Shown: positions 1-11,580 of the stretch, piece after piece
Layout: every line of letters begins with the position of its first letter
Position numbering within the stretch: position 1 is the first letter of the stretch
NCBI GenBank assembly: GCA_964016885.1
Contig: OZ024743.1
Location: forward strand, 65,472,001-65,536,000
DNA: 64,000 nt
Reading direction: 5' to 3'
DNA from: Eledone cirrhosa
Taxonomy: Eukaryota
Program-made: the position numbers and the translations under genes
The notes under the pieces: generated by a model
What the model was told of the DNA's origin: nothing
Seen by the model: only the letters and a program-made list of their open reading frames with translations
The model's database searches: none

Positions 1-2916
1 GTCGATAGATTTCGACTAGATTGTCCAACTGCGCCAACCTGGACCTGGGCAAACCGCAGTGGACAATCTAGATCGTACCTAGATAGGTTTTTGGTTAGGA
101 GTAAGGATAGGGACGTATTTAGTTGTCCAGAACTGATCATGGTTGGCTATTCAGATCACAAATTAGTGACCTGCGTGGTCAACCTTGATAGAACGCATAG
201 ACAGGGTCCCGGTTACTGGAAGATGAACTTGTCCTTACCGACAAAGAAAGATTACAGAAACCGGATTAGTAGCTTAGTTAAGATGCGGTTGACGGGAGCG
301 ATCGTCAACAGTAGGTGGTAGATATCTCTAAAGAGAGAGATTAGAGTAAGTTCGATAGGTTACAGTAAGGAACTAGCGGCGAATAGAAATAGGAGGGAAA
401 GGGAGTTAACAGATAAACTAGAAGAGGCGATTAGGAGCGGAGACGTAGCCAGAGTGTTAGCGACGAGAACGGCACTGAGCCAGTTCTTTGACGCGAAGCA
501 CGAAGGCTGCGTTGTCCGAAGTAAAATACGTGCTTTAGGAAACGAGGGGACCAAAGCTGTTAGCTGGGCCCGCGTGACAGAAGCCAAGAGTGGGATTAAA
601 TCCACCATTCGGTCTTTGCGAGACCAGGATGGACGGGTGATCCTTGAACCTGAGCGAATGTGCGAGACCTTTCAAAGGCACTTTGCTCGACTGTTCGGAG
701 GTGGCGGGGGGCAGGACGGGGATGTGGACTTCGGTCCATACCTCGACGGTCTACCGCGTCTTTCGAGCGGCGAAGCGGAGTGCTGCGAAAGGCCAATCAC
801 AGCCACTGAAATCGGGGAAGCGCTCAGCCAATGCAGCAGACGCAAATCCCCGGGTCTCGATGGTCTACCATACGAACTTTATTTAGCTATGCCGGTCTTG
901 TTCTCCGAACTCCTCGAGGCTGTCTATTGCAACTGGCAACAGAACGGGAGAATTCCCTGTTCTGTGACCAAGGGCGTGGTCACGCTAGTGAGGAAGGACG
1001 AGAGCAAGGGGGACGACTTAAGTAACTTTAGGCCCATAACTCTGCTGAATGCAGAGTTACAGATTTTGGCCAAGGTGTTGGCGAAGAGGTTGGCGCTTGT
1101 GGTGGGTGGTTTGGTGGGAGACGCGCAGACATGCGCTATCCCGTCCAGGTCCATTCACGACAACCTCCACCTCATGCGATACATCATAGAGAGGGTTGGC
1201 TACGAACCCGGCTTTGGTGGGGCCCTGATCAACTTGGATCAATCTAAGGCGTTCGATAGGGTCGACCATGGTTACCTGGATGCGGTGCTAGCGGCGGCGG
1301 GCTTCGGACCCGTTTTCAGGGGCTGGATTTCTGCCATGCACAGTGGCAACATCTACTCTAGGATTAAAGTAAACGGCTACCTCTCGGAGCCGTTTCAAAT
1401 CACCCGATCCATCAGACAGGGGTGCCCCCTCTCCTCCCTTCTGTACGTATTGACTCTCGAGCCACTGCTGCGGAAGTTGGAGTTGCTGCGGGGCATACCC
1501 CTGGAACCGGGATTGCACAAAGCGGTCTCGGCCTATGCCGACGACGTAACAGTAATGGTGGCGGACGCCTCGGAAATCGGGGCGATCGCCACCCTACTGG
1601 AGGAATACGAAAGGCTGACGGGGGCTAAGCTGAACCAGGACAAGTCAGTCGGTTTGCAACTCGGAACGTGGAGGGGCAAACCAATGCCGTTAGACGGTGT
1701 CGTCGGGCGGTGGACGGAGGGCCCGGTGAAGCTGCTCGGGGTCTGGTTCGGACCGGACCTCCAGGTGGAGAAGAATTGGGGCGAGGTGACGAGCAGGGTG
1801 TTTGCGCTGACCCAGAAGTGGGCCAAGTGCAAACTATCACTGAAAGGTCGGGCGGAGGTGACGAACGCTTACATAGCGTCCGTCATCTACTACCGCCTGA
1901 CCGTCGTGCCTTGCCCCAAGGAAAAGCTCACCATCATGGAACGCATGCTCTTCCAGTTCCTCTGGAAGAAGCGGCCTCCCATGGTGAGGAGATCCATCTG
2001 CTGCCAGCACCCTTCGAAAGGAGGGCTGGGTATGCCGTGGCTGTTGATGCGTAGGCACGCATTGAGGCTACGGCATCTACAGGTATTTCTCAACGGTCAG
2101 CCGGTGTGGGCCCCGTTTGTGAGGCGAGCCTTCCCACAGCTCGTCTCGCTCACCGAACTGCAATCCTGGGTGAAGCAAAGACCGAGAAAACTGGGCAACT
2201 GGCACACTGAGTGTGCCCAGGCGCTCACGGCTATCTGGCAAGCGGACCCGACTGTCAGTGGAGAATCCACCTCGACATTCTATAGAGGGTTGGTGGCTAG
2301 CAGGGGCGACGACACCCTTGGAGAGTCGCTAGGCATGGAGGAGGACGAACTGGCCAGCCTGTTCGGTAGAACTTTCGGCCCGGGACCCATGGACAACTTC
2401 CAGAGGTCCCTAGCCTGGCAGTGTTACCGGGGGGCTCTGCCCGTTCGAGAAAAGCTCTACAGACACGGGCGCCCGGGCAGGGATCCCGCGAAAAAGATCT
2501 GTCCCAGATGCGTGCGCGACGAGGAAACCGTTGCGCATGCACTGGTACACTGCCCGGGCGTTGCCGATCTGTGGGGCTACGTCGAACGACTGCTGTCGCG
2601 TGTGGCGCCGATTCGATTAACCGCCGAGTCTGTGGTGAACATCAAGCCGCCTCCTCCCTTCAGAAATGAAGCAGAGGCGGTCTTTCTGTGCGTAATAGCC
2701 ATGATGAAAGAGGTTGTGTGGTGGACGCGCCTGAAAGGTCTGAGGTCGGGTGACTTTCTCTCCGGCCATCACCTGGTTTACTTCTTCCGATACCACTTCG
2801 GAAGAAGAATCAGGATGGAGAGAGAAGTGCTTGGTCCCAGACAGTTTTATGAAAGGTGGGTGAAAGAAGCGAGAATGGCCCGTGTAAATGGGCCTTCTCT
2901 CTACATTGTTCTGTAG
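1..2916 (+). pseudogene. LINE ORF2 (endonuclease/reverse transcriptase), open except for one stop at 319-321
   Basis: ORFs 91..321 and 454..2916 share a frame. The single TAG sits where the copy near 38385 has TGG. Confidence 0.9.
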
Positions 2917-3147
2917 GTGAAGAAGTGAAGAGGAAAGGGGGAGCGCCTCCTCTCTGGGCTTCCCCCGCGAAAAGAGTTGCACACTTTTCGGGGGTATGTG
3001 CAATCCCCAACACGCCCCTCCCTTTTGAGGACTTTTTATTGTTATATTATTATTGTTATTCCTTTTTTCTTTACTCGATTTATGTAAACTCCCCCACTGT
3101 GTAAATGTCCCCTTCTTTTGTGCCCTCGTGGCAAATAAATAGAAATT
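1..3147 (+). mobile_element. Tx1/L1-clade non-LTR retrotransposon (end of APE, RT, C-terminal Cys motif), 5' end outside window
   Basis: Frame 1 reads ...SYLDRFLV...SDHKLV...GPGYWKMN (APE end), KSPGLDG, FRPITLLN, LDQSKAFDRV, QGCPLS, YADD, CPRC..ETVAHALVHC. The 3' UTR ends ccctcgtggcaaataaatagaaa followed by (ATCT)n. Confidence 0.95.
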
Positions 3148-3173
3148 TATCTATCTATCTATCTATCTATATT

Positions 3174-3206
<33 letters not shown>

Positions 3207-3526
3207 ACCCAGGTCTCTAATAATCGTCCCCTCGTCTCATATTAATTTTTCCCATTCCTCCCCCCGCCGCTCTTATTACACCCACCCTTCTCTCAACCCT
3301 TCACTATTTGTTTGAGGAAAAAACATGATAATATTGTTATACGTGTGATGATGATTATATTTATATAGGGGTATATATGAAAGTATACACAATATGGTTA
3401 TGTATAATAAACATACATACAACTGGCTGTGAGTATTTTAAGCTGTGATTCTATATCATATACTTCTCTATTCTGAATCACCCCGTGTTAGTATCTCTGT
3501 TAATTATCCATATATATATATATAAT

Positions 3527-3591
<65 letters not shown>

Positions 3592-3595
<4 letters not shown>

Positions 3596-3877
3596 CGAAG
3601 GAAATGTGGCAAGGAACCAGATTGACCATAACGCAACAAAGTACTCAATACTTAGGGTAGTAGAGTGGGTAATAGGAACAAGTATGACCCAGACGGCAGA
3701 GCTCAAGCCGTTTCGACGGCTAATTCTGGACTAAAATTTCGTCCAGAATTAGCCGTCGAAACGGCTTGAGCTCAGCCGTCGGGGTCTTACTCGTTCCTAT
3801 CACCCACTCTACTACCCTAAGTATTGAGTACTTTGGTGCGTTATGGTCCATCTGGTTCCTTACCAAATTTCCTTCGT

Positions 3878-3880
<3 letters not shown>
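3592..3880. repeat. Fold-back (palindromic) element in (TA)n, probable PLE terminus; family copy 1
   Basis: Inverted arms of about 140 bp (ataacgaagg... / ...ccttcgttat), centre about 3736, flanked by (TA)n. Confidence 0.85.
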
Positions 3881-3915
<35 letters not shown>

Positions 3916-3919
3916 GATA

Positions 3920-3978
<59 letters not shown>

Positions 3979-3991
3979 ATATATATAGATA

Positions 3992-4039
<48 letters not shown>

Positions 4040-4099
4040 TATATATATATATATAGTTATATGATTATATTCACATATATATATATATAATTATATAAT

Positions 4100-4138
<39 letters not shown>

Positions 4139-4168
4139 AAAAAATAGAGGTGTGACACACGAGTTGTG

Positions 4169-4480
4169 ATATATTAGTAAAAAGGAAAAAAAAATGGTGA
4201 CAAATTTTTCCCAGTGAAAAATAGTCTAATTAGGAATAAGTATAAATTAGTAATAATTATTAGTTAGTATTCAGTTTTAGTTTTGAGTTTTTACGGAAAA
4301 ATCACGAGCACTCTATCTCAAAATTATTTTTGAAAAGCATAAGAAATGCGCAACCGGTAAAAACTTAAAACTAAAACTGAATACTAATTAATACTTATTA
4401 CTAATTTATACTTATTCCTAATTAAACTATTTTTCTCTCTGAAAAATTTGTCAGCATTTTCTTTTCCTTTTTACTAATAT
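4169..4480. repeat. AT-rich inverted repeat, arms about 125 bp
   Basis: atattagtaaaaagg...gagtttttac mirrored by gtaaaaactt...cctttttactaatat. Confidence 0.85.
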
Positions 4481-4589
4481 ATATATATATATATATATAT
4501 ATTTAAAATTCTTGACAGAATTAATTGACCTGTGTGCATATTATTTTATCCTTTTATTTCACCTCTCTCTCTCTCTCTCTCTCTCTCTC

Positions 4590-4630
<41 letters not shown>

Positions 4631-4635
<5 letters not shown>

Positions 4636-4827
4636 GAAGGAGGTGTGGTAAGGAACCAGATGTACCATAACGCACCAGAGTACTCAATACTTAGGGTAGT
4701 AGAGTGGGTAATAGTAAAAAGATTAACTCCGACGGGAGAGCTCAAGCCGTTTCGACGGCTATTTCAGGACTAGAAATAGCCGTCGAAACGGCTTGAGCTC
4801 TGCCGTCGGGGTTAAACTATTTCCTAT
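4631..4827. repeat. Fold-back family copy 2 (asymmetric arms)
   Basis: Same sequence as 3592-3880; centre gacggctatttc-aggacta-gaaatagccgtc. Confidence 0.85.
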
Positions 4828-4830
4828 ATA

Positions 4831-4861
<31 letters not shown>

Positions 4862-4862
<1 letters not shown>

Positions 4863-6020
4863 ATTGTTTCTACTTTTGGCACAAGGCCAGCAATTAACCA
4901 GTACATTACTGGTACTTTATTTTATCGACCCCGTAAGGATGAAAGGCAAAGTTAACCTCGGCGGGAATTGAACTCAGATCGTAAAAGGACGTAACTCTTT
5001 GCGTCAAAGCATGGCGTCCGACCCTCTATTGATACTGCCAATCCATATAATGGTTTTTAATTTTAGTATAAAGCCATCAATGTGGAGGAGACGGAGAAAG
5101 TCAAGAGAATCACCAGTATATAACTGGTACTTTATTTCATCGACTCCGCAAAGATTTAATAGTACAATTAACCTCGGCGTAGTTTGAACTTTGTCCGACG
5201 CTCCAAAGATTCTGCCAATCCACTACCCGAAATTAAAAAAAATTAATATCTACTTTAATAAATAATTATAATGAAATAAAATATCTACCCCTACCGCCTC
5301 CACTTCCTCTTACTTTCGCTATTTAATTTTTTTTTCTCTCTGTTCATTTTTTTAAAATTTCAAACATTAGAAAATATAATTAAAAACTAATGAATATATT
5401 TCATTGTTTTCTTATAAAGTTTAGGAAATCCTTAATTAGACTTTTCATGCTTCTTTGTTATCAAAGTCTATAAATACATATTTCAGAGATTTGATGGGTT
5501 TCTGATTTAGACACAAGGCCAGCAAATTTTTTTTTGTGTTGGGGGAAGTCGATTAATCGACCCCAGTACATTACAGGTATTTTATTTTGTCGACCCGATT
5601 TTAACTCAGAACGTAAAGGGCCGTAACTCTGTTCTGCAAAGCATGTTGTCCGACGCTCAACCAATACTGCCAATCCACCTCCCTAACATCAATAATGATG
5701 ATTTCTTTGGATTGGCAGTATCGGTAGAGGGTCGCACGCCATGCTTTGACGCATAGAGTTACGGCCCTTGCCATTCTGAGTTAAAATCGGGTTAACTTTG
5801 CCTTTCATCCTTACGGGGTCGATAAAATAAAGTCCCAGTAATGCACTGGGTAATTTGCTGGCCTTGTGCCAAAAGTAGAAACAATTATTGATACTTTATT
5901 TTATCGACCCTGCAAGTATGAAAGGCAAAACTAACGTCGGCGGGATTTGAACTCATATCGCAAAAGGGGCGCAACTCTATGCCGTAAAGCATGTTGTCCG
6001 ACGCTTTACCGACACCGCCC
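4862..6020. mobile_element. Cluster of about 5 tRNA-derived SINE copies (4862-5045 -, 5055-5230 -, 5495-5685 -, 5708-5888 +, 5890-6020 -)
   Basis: B-box gagttcaaatcc, central gcctttcatccttacggggtcgataaaataaagtaccag (Meta/Sauria-SINE-like core), 3' ggccttgtgccaaaagtagaaacaatt. Confidence 0.85.
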
Positions 6021-6566
6021 ACACCAGGCCTATAATCAAGCATATTATTAACATTTTGAGATGGATAAATAAAGTACCAGTCCAGGACTGGGGTTAGTTT
6101 TTCTACTAACTTTCTTTATCACTTTCCCTCACTCTTTCTTTCTTTGGAACCCCATCGCTTCAAAAAACCCCAATCATCTGTGTCAGACCTAGAGGGGGAT
6201 GGGCTCAGGACACATCACACCACGTATTAGGAGGTTAAAGTAGTTAAGATATCTAGATATCTTGCGTGTGGTGGTGGCGGTGGAGTGCGGGAGGAATAAT
6301 TGGTAGAGTGTCAGATGCTGTAATTTGTGTATAAATTGTCGTGTTATGAGTTGTAAAACAAGCCACAGTTGATAAATAAAAATCCCAATAAAACACTTAA
6401 CAGTTGATTTAAATGATTGCAATTAAGGGAGCTTTAATTGTTGTACGTCATCTATACATAAACTCTTGAAAAGGTTTATACACATACATATATATGTGTC
6501 TGTATCTCTCTCGCCCTTTCTCTCTCTCTCTCTCTCTCTCTCCCTTTCTCTCTCTCTCTCTCTCTA

Positions 6567-6613
<47 letters not shown>

Positions 6614-6887
6614 TGTGTGTGTGTGTATATATATATATTTATATATCAGTTTGACAATCGCCTCCGACGAATGCGAGAAAGTTCTCCAGAAAAGTTAACC
6701 AGGAATCTTTAAAAATCTTCCCACCGAAGTTAACAAACAACTTACTGGATCTACCAACTCATAATATTAAAATATAAAATTAAATCAAATTGTATAGAAC
6801 TACAAGTGAAGTCATTCTTTTCAATTATAAATTTCTGGTTGGTTGGTTGGTTGGTTGGTTCCACAATCAGATAGTTGTTTATATATT

Positions 6888-6930
6888 GTCAAAGTTCTTT
6901 CGTCACACATTCTGTGACCTCTTCAGTGAC
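6888..6930 (-). ncRNA. Hammerhead-like motif in the inverted pLTR
   Basis: Reverse complement of 8283-8325. Confidence 0.6.
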
Positions 6931-8282
6931 TGGGATTCTTTTCTTTGTTTTTGTGCCTCTCCTTTGTTCTGTCCTACGCCATTTTGTTTCTGTGTGTGTG
7001 TTGTGTGCTCAGTCTGCGCATGCGCCAAATCCAGGTGTCTGTGTGTGTTTATATTCGTTTATTTATTTGTTTATTTACATGTTACCGGTTGGTTGTTTGT
7101 TCTATGTGTGTGTGTGTTTTCATTTTGTCCTTAATGTAAGTTGTGATGTTGCTGTTCCACTCATATTTTCTATTTAATTTTGGTTGTAATTCTTTTATGT
7201 TTATTGCCTCTGTGATTTGTCTAAACATTGCGTCTTTTCTATTTTATTCCAATACTGATTGCGGATTTGGTACGGGTGATGAGAAACGTGTCCTGCATGT
7301 GCAACCCCGAAGAACTAGAGAGACACATACAACACTTCATCCACCGTATGCAGTTCTCTGGTTACAACCAGAGAGATAAAATCAGAGTGTATAGAGGAGC
7401 CAGAACCAAATGGGAAAAAATGGTAAATAATGACACAAATGGGACCTGCCCCTTGTATAGGAGTAAATTTTGGAATAGAATAGAAAGAACTAGGAATAAG
7501 GCTAATAGAATAAACTCATGGTATGATAGCAATAAATACCAGAGTGTAATGTTCATCGATACAACCCCTAGAGGTGAATTAGCTTACAAATTTAGAAGGG
7601 CCCTAGATAAACATAAACTCAATATTAAGATAGTAGAAAGACCAGGTACCTCCGTAAAAACACTTATTAGCAAGACATACCCTTTTCAAAGACCCCCTGT
7701 ATAGATAAGAAATGTATAACCTGTAAAATAATCCCCCATATTAACTGTAAAACTAGAAATGTAGTGTATAGCATAAGATGTACTGAAGGACAATGTAGAG
7801 ACAAAAATATAGTGTACATAGGTGAGACAGCTCGTAGTGTAAGGGAACGGATAAATGAACACTGGCGAGACCTTCAAGATAGTAAAGAATCATCTGTACT
7901 CTACCAATATGCTAAAATAGAACATAAGGGTAAATTAGAGAACATAGAAATAAAAATAGAATCTACACACAGAAAAGACGCAATGTTTAGACAAATCACA
8001 GAGGCAATAAACATAAAAGAATTACAACCAAAATTAAATAGAAAATATGAGTGGAACAGCAACATCACAACTTACAATTAAGGACAAAATGAAAACACAC
8101 ACACAAATAGAACAAACAACCAACCGGTAACATGTAAATAAACAAATAAATAAACGAATATAAACACACACAGACACCCGGATTTGGCGTATGCGCAGAC
8201 TGAGCACACAACACACACACAGAAACAAAATGGCGTAGGACAGAACAAAGGAGAGGCACAAAAACAAAGAAAAGAATCCCCA

Positions 8283-8325
8283 GTCACTGAAGAGGTCACA
8301 GAATGTGTGACGAAAGAACTTTGAC
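8283..8325 (+). ncRNA. Type I hammerhead-like motif in PLE pLTR (atypical stem III)
   Basis: gtca CTGAAGA g gtcaca-gaatg-tgtgac GAAA gaac TT tgac. Confidence 0.65.
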
Positions 8326-8556
8326 AATATATAAACAACTATCTGATTGTGGAACCAACCAACCAACCAGAAATTTATAAATTCCTAAATTTATAAATTT
8401 ATTATAATAAATTGAAGTGAAAGCAACTGGTGCGTGTGTTTCTTATTGGCAACATGACCCTCCCAAAGTATAACCATATCGGTTTCAACACACGATATCA
8501 GATAAAGAATCTTGCTAAACAAATTCAGAAACGATATATATATATATATATATATA

Positions 8557-8720
8557 TAGGAACTAGTAAGACCCCGACAGCTGAGCTCAAGCCGTTTCGA
8601 CGAAACGGCTTGAGCTCAGCTGTCGGGGTCTTACTAGTTCCTATTACCCACTCTACTACCTCAAGTATTGAGTACTTTGGTGCGTTATGGTCCACCTGGT
8701 TCCTTACCACATTTCCTTCG

Positions 8721-8724
<4 letters not shown>
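8557..8724. repeat. Fold-back family copy 3
   Basis: Centre gccgtttcg-a-cgaaacggc; (TA)n on both sides. Confidence 0.85.
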
Positions 8725-8800
<76 letters not shown>

Positions 8801-9478
8801 ATAATAATAAATTTAAAGACTAAAATCCAACTTTAATCTGTTATTTTAATAAATATATATATATAAATACACACACACACATGTATAAAGTATGTATATA
8901 TATACCGTATTCATCAGCACTCTTTTTTCTCATATTCGGAGTGTAAAATCTACGTGCGTTTTATACGGGCATACTACATTTTTTTCAAGCAATTATCATT
9001 TTATTATTACTTTTTACTTCCCATTCTTATTCAAATGTAGGGTATTATATACTGATATATATAATGATTCGTATTATATAGTGACGACTATATGTAATAT
9101 AGACATATGTACATTACACACATAGTATATATATTTATATTCTTGTATTATACATATTAGATACATATAAACATATACATAAACACATATATATGTCTAT
9201 ACTTTATACATACACATATCTAGAAGCATATATATATACATATACACACATACATATATACAAGCATATATATGTGTGTGACAGCTGACACCTATGAAGG
9301 TTTAGCTGGCCTCTTCGAAGGTATATCTCGTTGGTATATATTATATACCATAATAGCAAAAAGGCGTACGGAATGGTGGTGGTGGTTCTGATGGTGGCGT
9401 GGGTGCAAATGACTGAAGGTGGGGATACGAGGAGAGATGATTAATGTATTTAAACAGAGGAGGAGAAGATGCTAAAAG

Positions 9479-9737
9479 AAAAACAGATGGGAGGGTCAGC
9501 AATGTATTTATTAGATCGATGTGATGACGTATGTATGAATGGCTAAGAGCGTTTAACTACTGTCTAGTCCAGTTTGACCTACACCTACGACTTTATATAT
9601 ATATATATATATATAAAGTCGGTTAAACTGGACTAGAGAGTAGTTAAACGCTCTTAGCCAGTCATACATATGTCATCTCATCGATCTAATAAATACATCG
9701 CTGACCTCTAATCGAACTACCCCCTCCCATCTGTTTT
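9479..9737. repeat. Inverted repeat centred on (TA)n
   Basis: ggtcagc...ggctaagagcgtttaactac mirrored by gtagttaaacgctcttagcc...gctgacc. Confidence 0.8.
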
Positions 9738-9888
9738 TCACCCATATATATATATATATGGGTGTAGAAACGAATATATATATATATATATATATACATG
9801 TAAAGTTATATTTAAAATTGTTGGGTTACAACTAGTAAATATTTATAACTGATATAAAAGCACTCGACAAATATTTGGAGTATATTTA

Positions 9889-10143
9889 CAATATTAAATA
9901 AATGGAAAACTATATTTATAAAACCATATCTATTTCATTATATATATTTCGGGGATATCATATTAACAATATGCTATGCCTTCATCAGACAAAATACAAT
10001 ATAAACAGTTTTATAGATAAATATATTCGACATACCGTAATAAACATCAAATGAAGGCATAGCATATTGTTAATATGATATCCCCGAAATATATATAATG
10101 AAATAGATATGGTTTTATAAATATAGTTTTCCATTTATTTAAT

Positions 10144-10148
<5 letters not shown>
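9889..10148. repeat. Inverted repeat (arms about 95 bp) containing a hammerhead-like core on the minus strand (9938-9990)
   Basis: Arms 9889-9985 and 10051-10148. Minus strand reads CTGATGA aggcatagcatatt-gtt-aatatgatatcccc GAAA tata. Confidence 0.75.
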
Positions 10149-10180
<32 letters not shown>

Positions 10181-10273
10181 GAAGTAATTCCGTCGGAAAG
10201 GTCCAGGAAAAAAGAGTGCTCTATATAGGTTACAGAGCTTAATAGTTATGTAATAAACAACATAAGGCAATTA

Positions 10274-10334
10274 TTTCATTTACCAGTGGTTTCTTAAAAG
10301 CAAACAAATTTTGCTTACAATCATCAGAATGAAA
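10274..10334 (-). ncRNA. Type I hammerhead ribozyme (mirror copy)
   Basis: Reverse complement of 10432-10492 with two substitutions in the stem II region. Confidence 0.8.
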
Positions 10335-10431
10335 AAATCCTGGTGTATTTATTGACATTGGTTTTTAAAATCCTGGTGTATTTATTGACATTGGTTTTTA
10401 AAATCCAATGTCAATAAATACACCAGGACTT

Positions 10432-10492
10432 TTTCATTCTGATGATTGAAAGCAAAATTTCTTTGCTTTTAAGAAACCACTGGTAAATGAAA
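10432..10492 (+). ncRNA. Canonical type I hammerhead ribozyme
   Basis: Stem I tttcatt/aatgaaa; CTGATGA; stem II ttgaaagcaaa/tttgcttttaa; GAAA; stem III cc-act-gg; cleavage triplet GUA. Confidence 0.85.
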
Positions 10493-10544
10493 TAATTAGC
10501 TTATGTTGTTTATTACATAACCATATATATATATATATATATAT

Positions 10545-11430
10545 ATTTCGTTTCTGAATTTGTTTAGCAAGATTCTTTATCTGAAAACGTGTGTTGAAAC
10601 CGATGTTGTTATACTTTGGGAGGGTCATGTTGCCAATAATATATATATATATATTGTTATACTTTGGATGGGTCATGTTGCCAATAAGAAACACACGCAC
10701 CAGTTGCTTCACTCCAATTTATGATAGTAGAAAGACCAGGTACCTCCATAAAAACACTTATTAGTAATACATACCCTTTTCAAAGACCTCCCTGTATAGA
10801 TAAGAAATGCATAATCTGTAAACTAAGCCCCCATATTAACTGCAAAACTAGAAACATAGTATATATCATAAGATGTACTGAAGGACAATGTAAAGATAAG
10901 AATATAGTGTACATAGGTGAGACAGCTCGTAGTATAGGAGAACGATTACATGAACGCTGGCGAGAGCTTCAAGATAGAAAAGAATCATCAGTACTCCACC
11001 AACATGCTAAAATAGAACATAAGGGCAAATCAGAGAACATAGAAATAAAAATAAAATCTACACACAGAAAAGACGCAATGTTTAGACAAATCGCAGAGGC
11101 AATAAACATAAATGAACTCCAACCAAAATTAAATAGAAAACATGAATGGAATAACAACATCACAACTTAAAATTAAGGACAAAATGAAAACACACGAACA
11201 TAGAACAAACAACCAACTAGTAACATGTAAATAAACAAATAAATAAACAAATAAAAACACACACAGACACCCGGATGTAACGCATGCGCAAACTAAGCAC
11301 ACAACACACACAAAAACAAGATGGCGTAGGACAGAACAAGGGAGAGGTACAAAACAAAGAAAAGAATCCCCAGTCACTGAAGACGTCACAGAATGTGTGA
11401 CGAAAGAACTTTGACAATATATGAACAACC
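10545..11430 (+). mobile_element. Second truncated copy of the Neptune-like PLE: GIY-YIG and pLTR (+), preceded by an inverted 3' extension (10545-10720)
   Basis: ORF 10721..11170 (PPCIDKKCIICK...IVYIGETARS). 10545-10720 is the reverse complement of 8410-8535. Hammerhead-like motif at 11373-11415. Confidence 0.9.
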
Positions 11431-11580
11431 ATCCGAACAACTCCATCTCACTCAACAAACATTAGGATATATTTAAGTATTATCCCAATTTAGTGTTTGG
11501 GGTGCTAACTAATCAGTATTTCGTGGATAATTGGTTGTATTATTTTATATGAGACATTATTAAATAGATATCTCATTTCT

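Larger units (their letters stand above)
6825..8535 (+). mobile_element. Penelope-like element (Neptune-like): 5'-truncated RT end plus GIY-YIG, with upstream inverted pseudo-LTR
   Basis: ORFs 7228..7704 and 7764..8081 (VYSIRC...IVYIGETARS..ERINEH...EAINI..LN) with a Cys-rich linker. 6825-7240 is the reverse complement of 7971-8380, the classic PLE arrangement. Confidence 0.92.
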
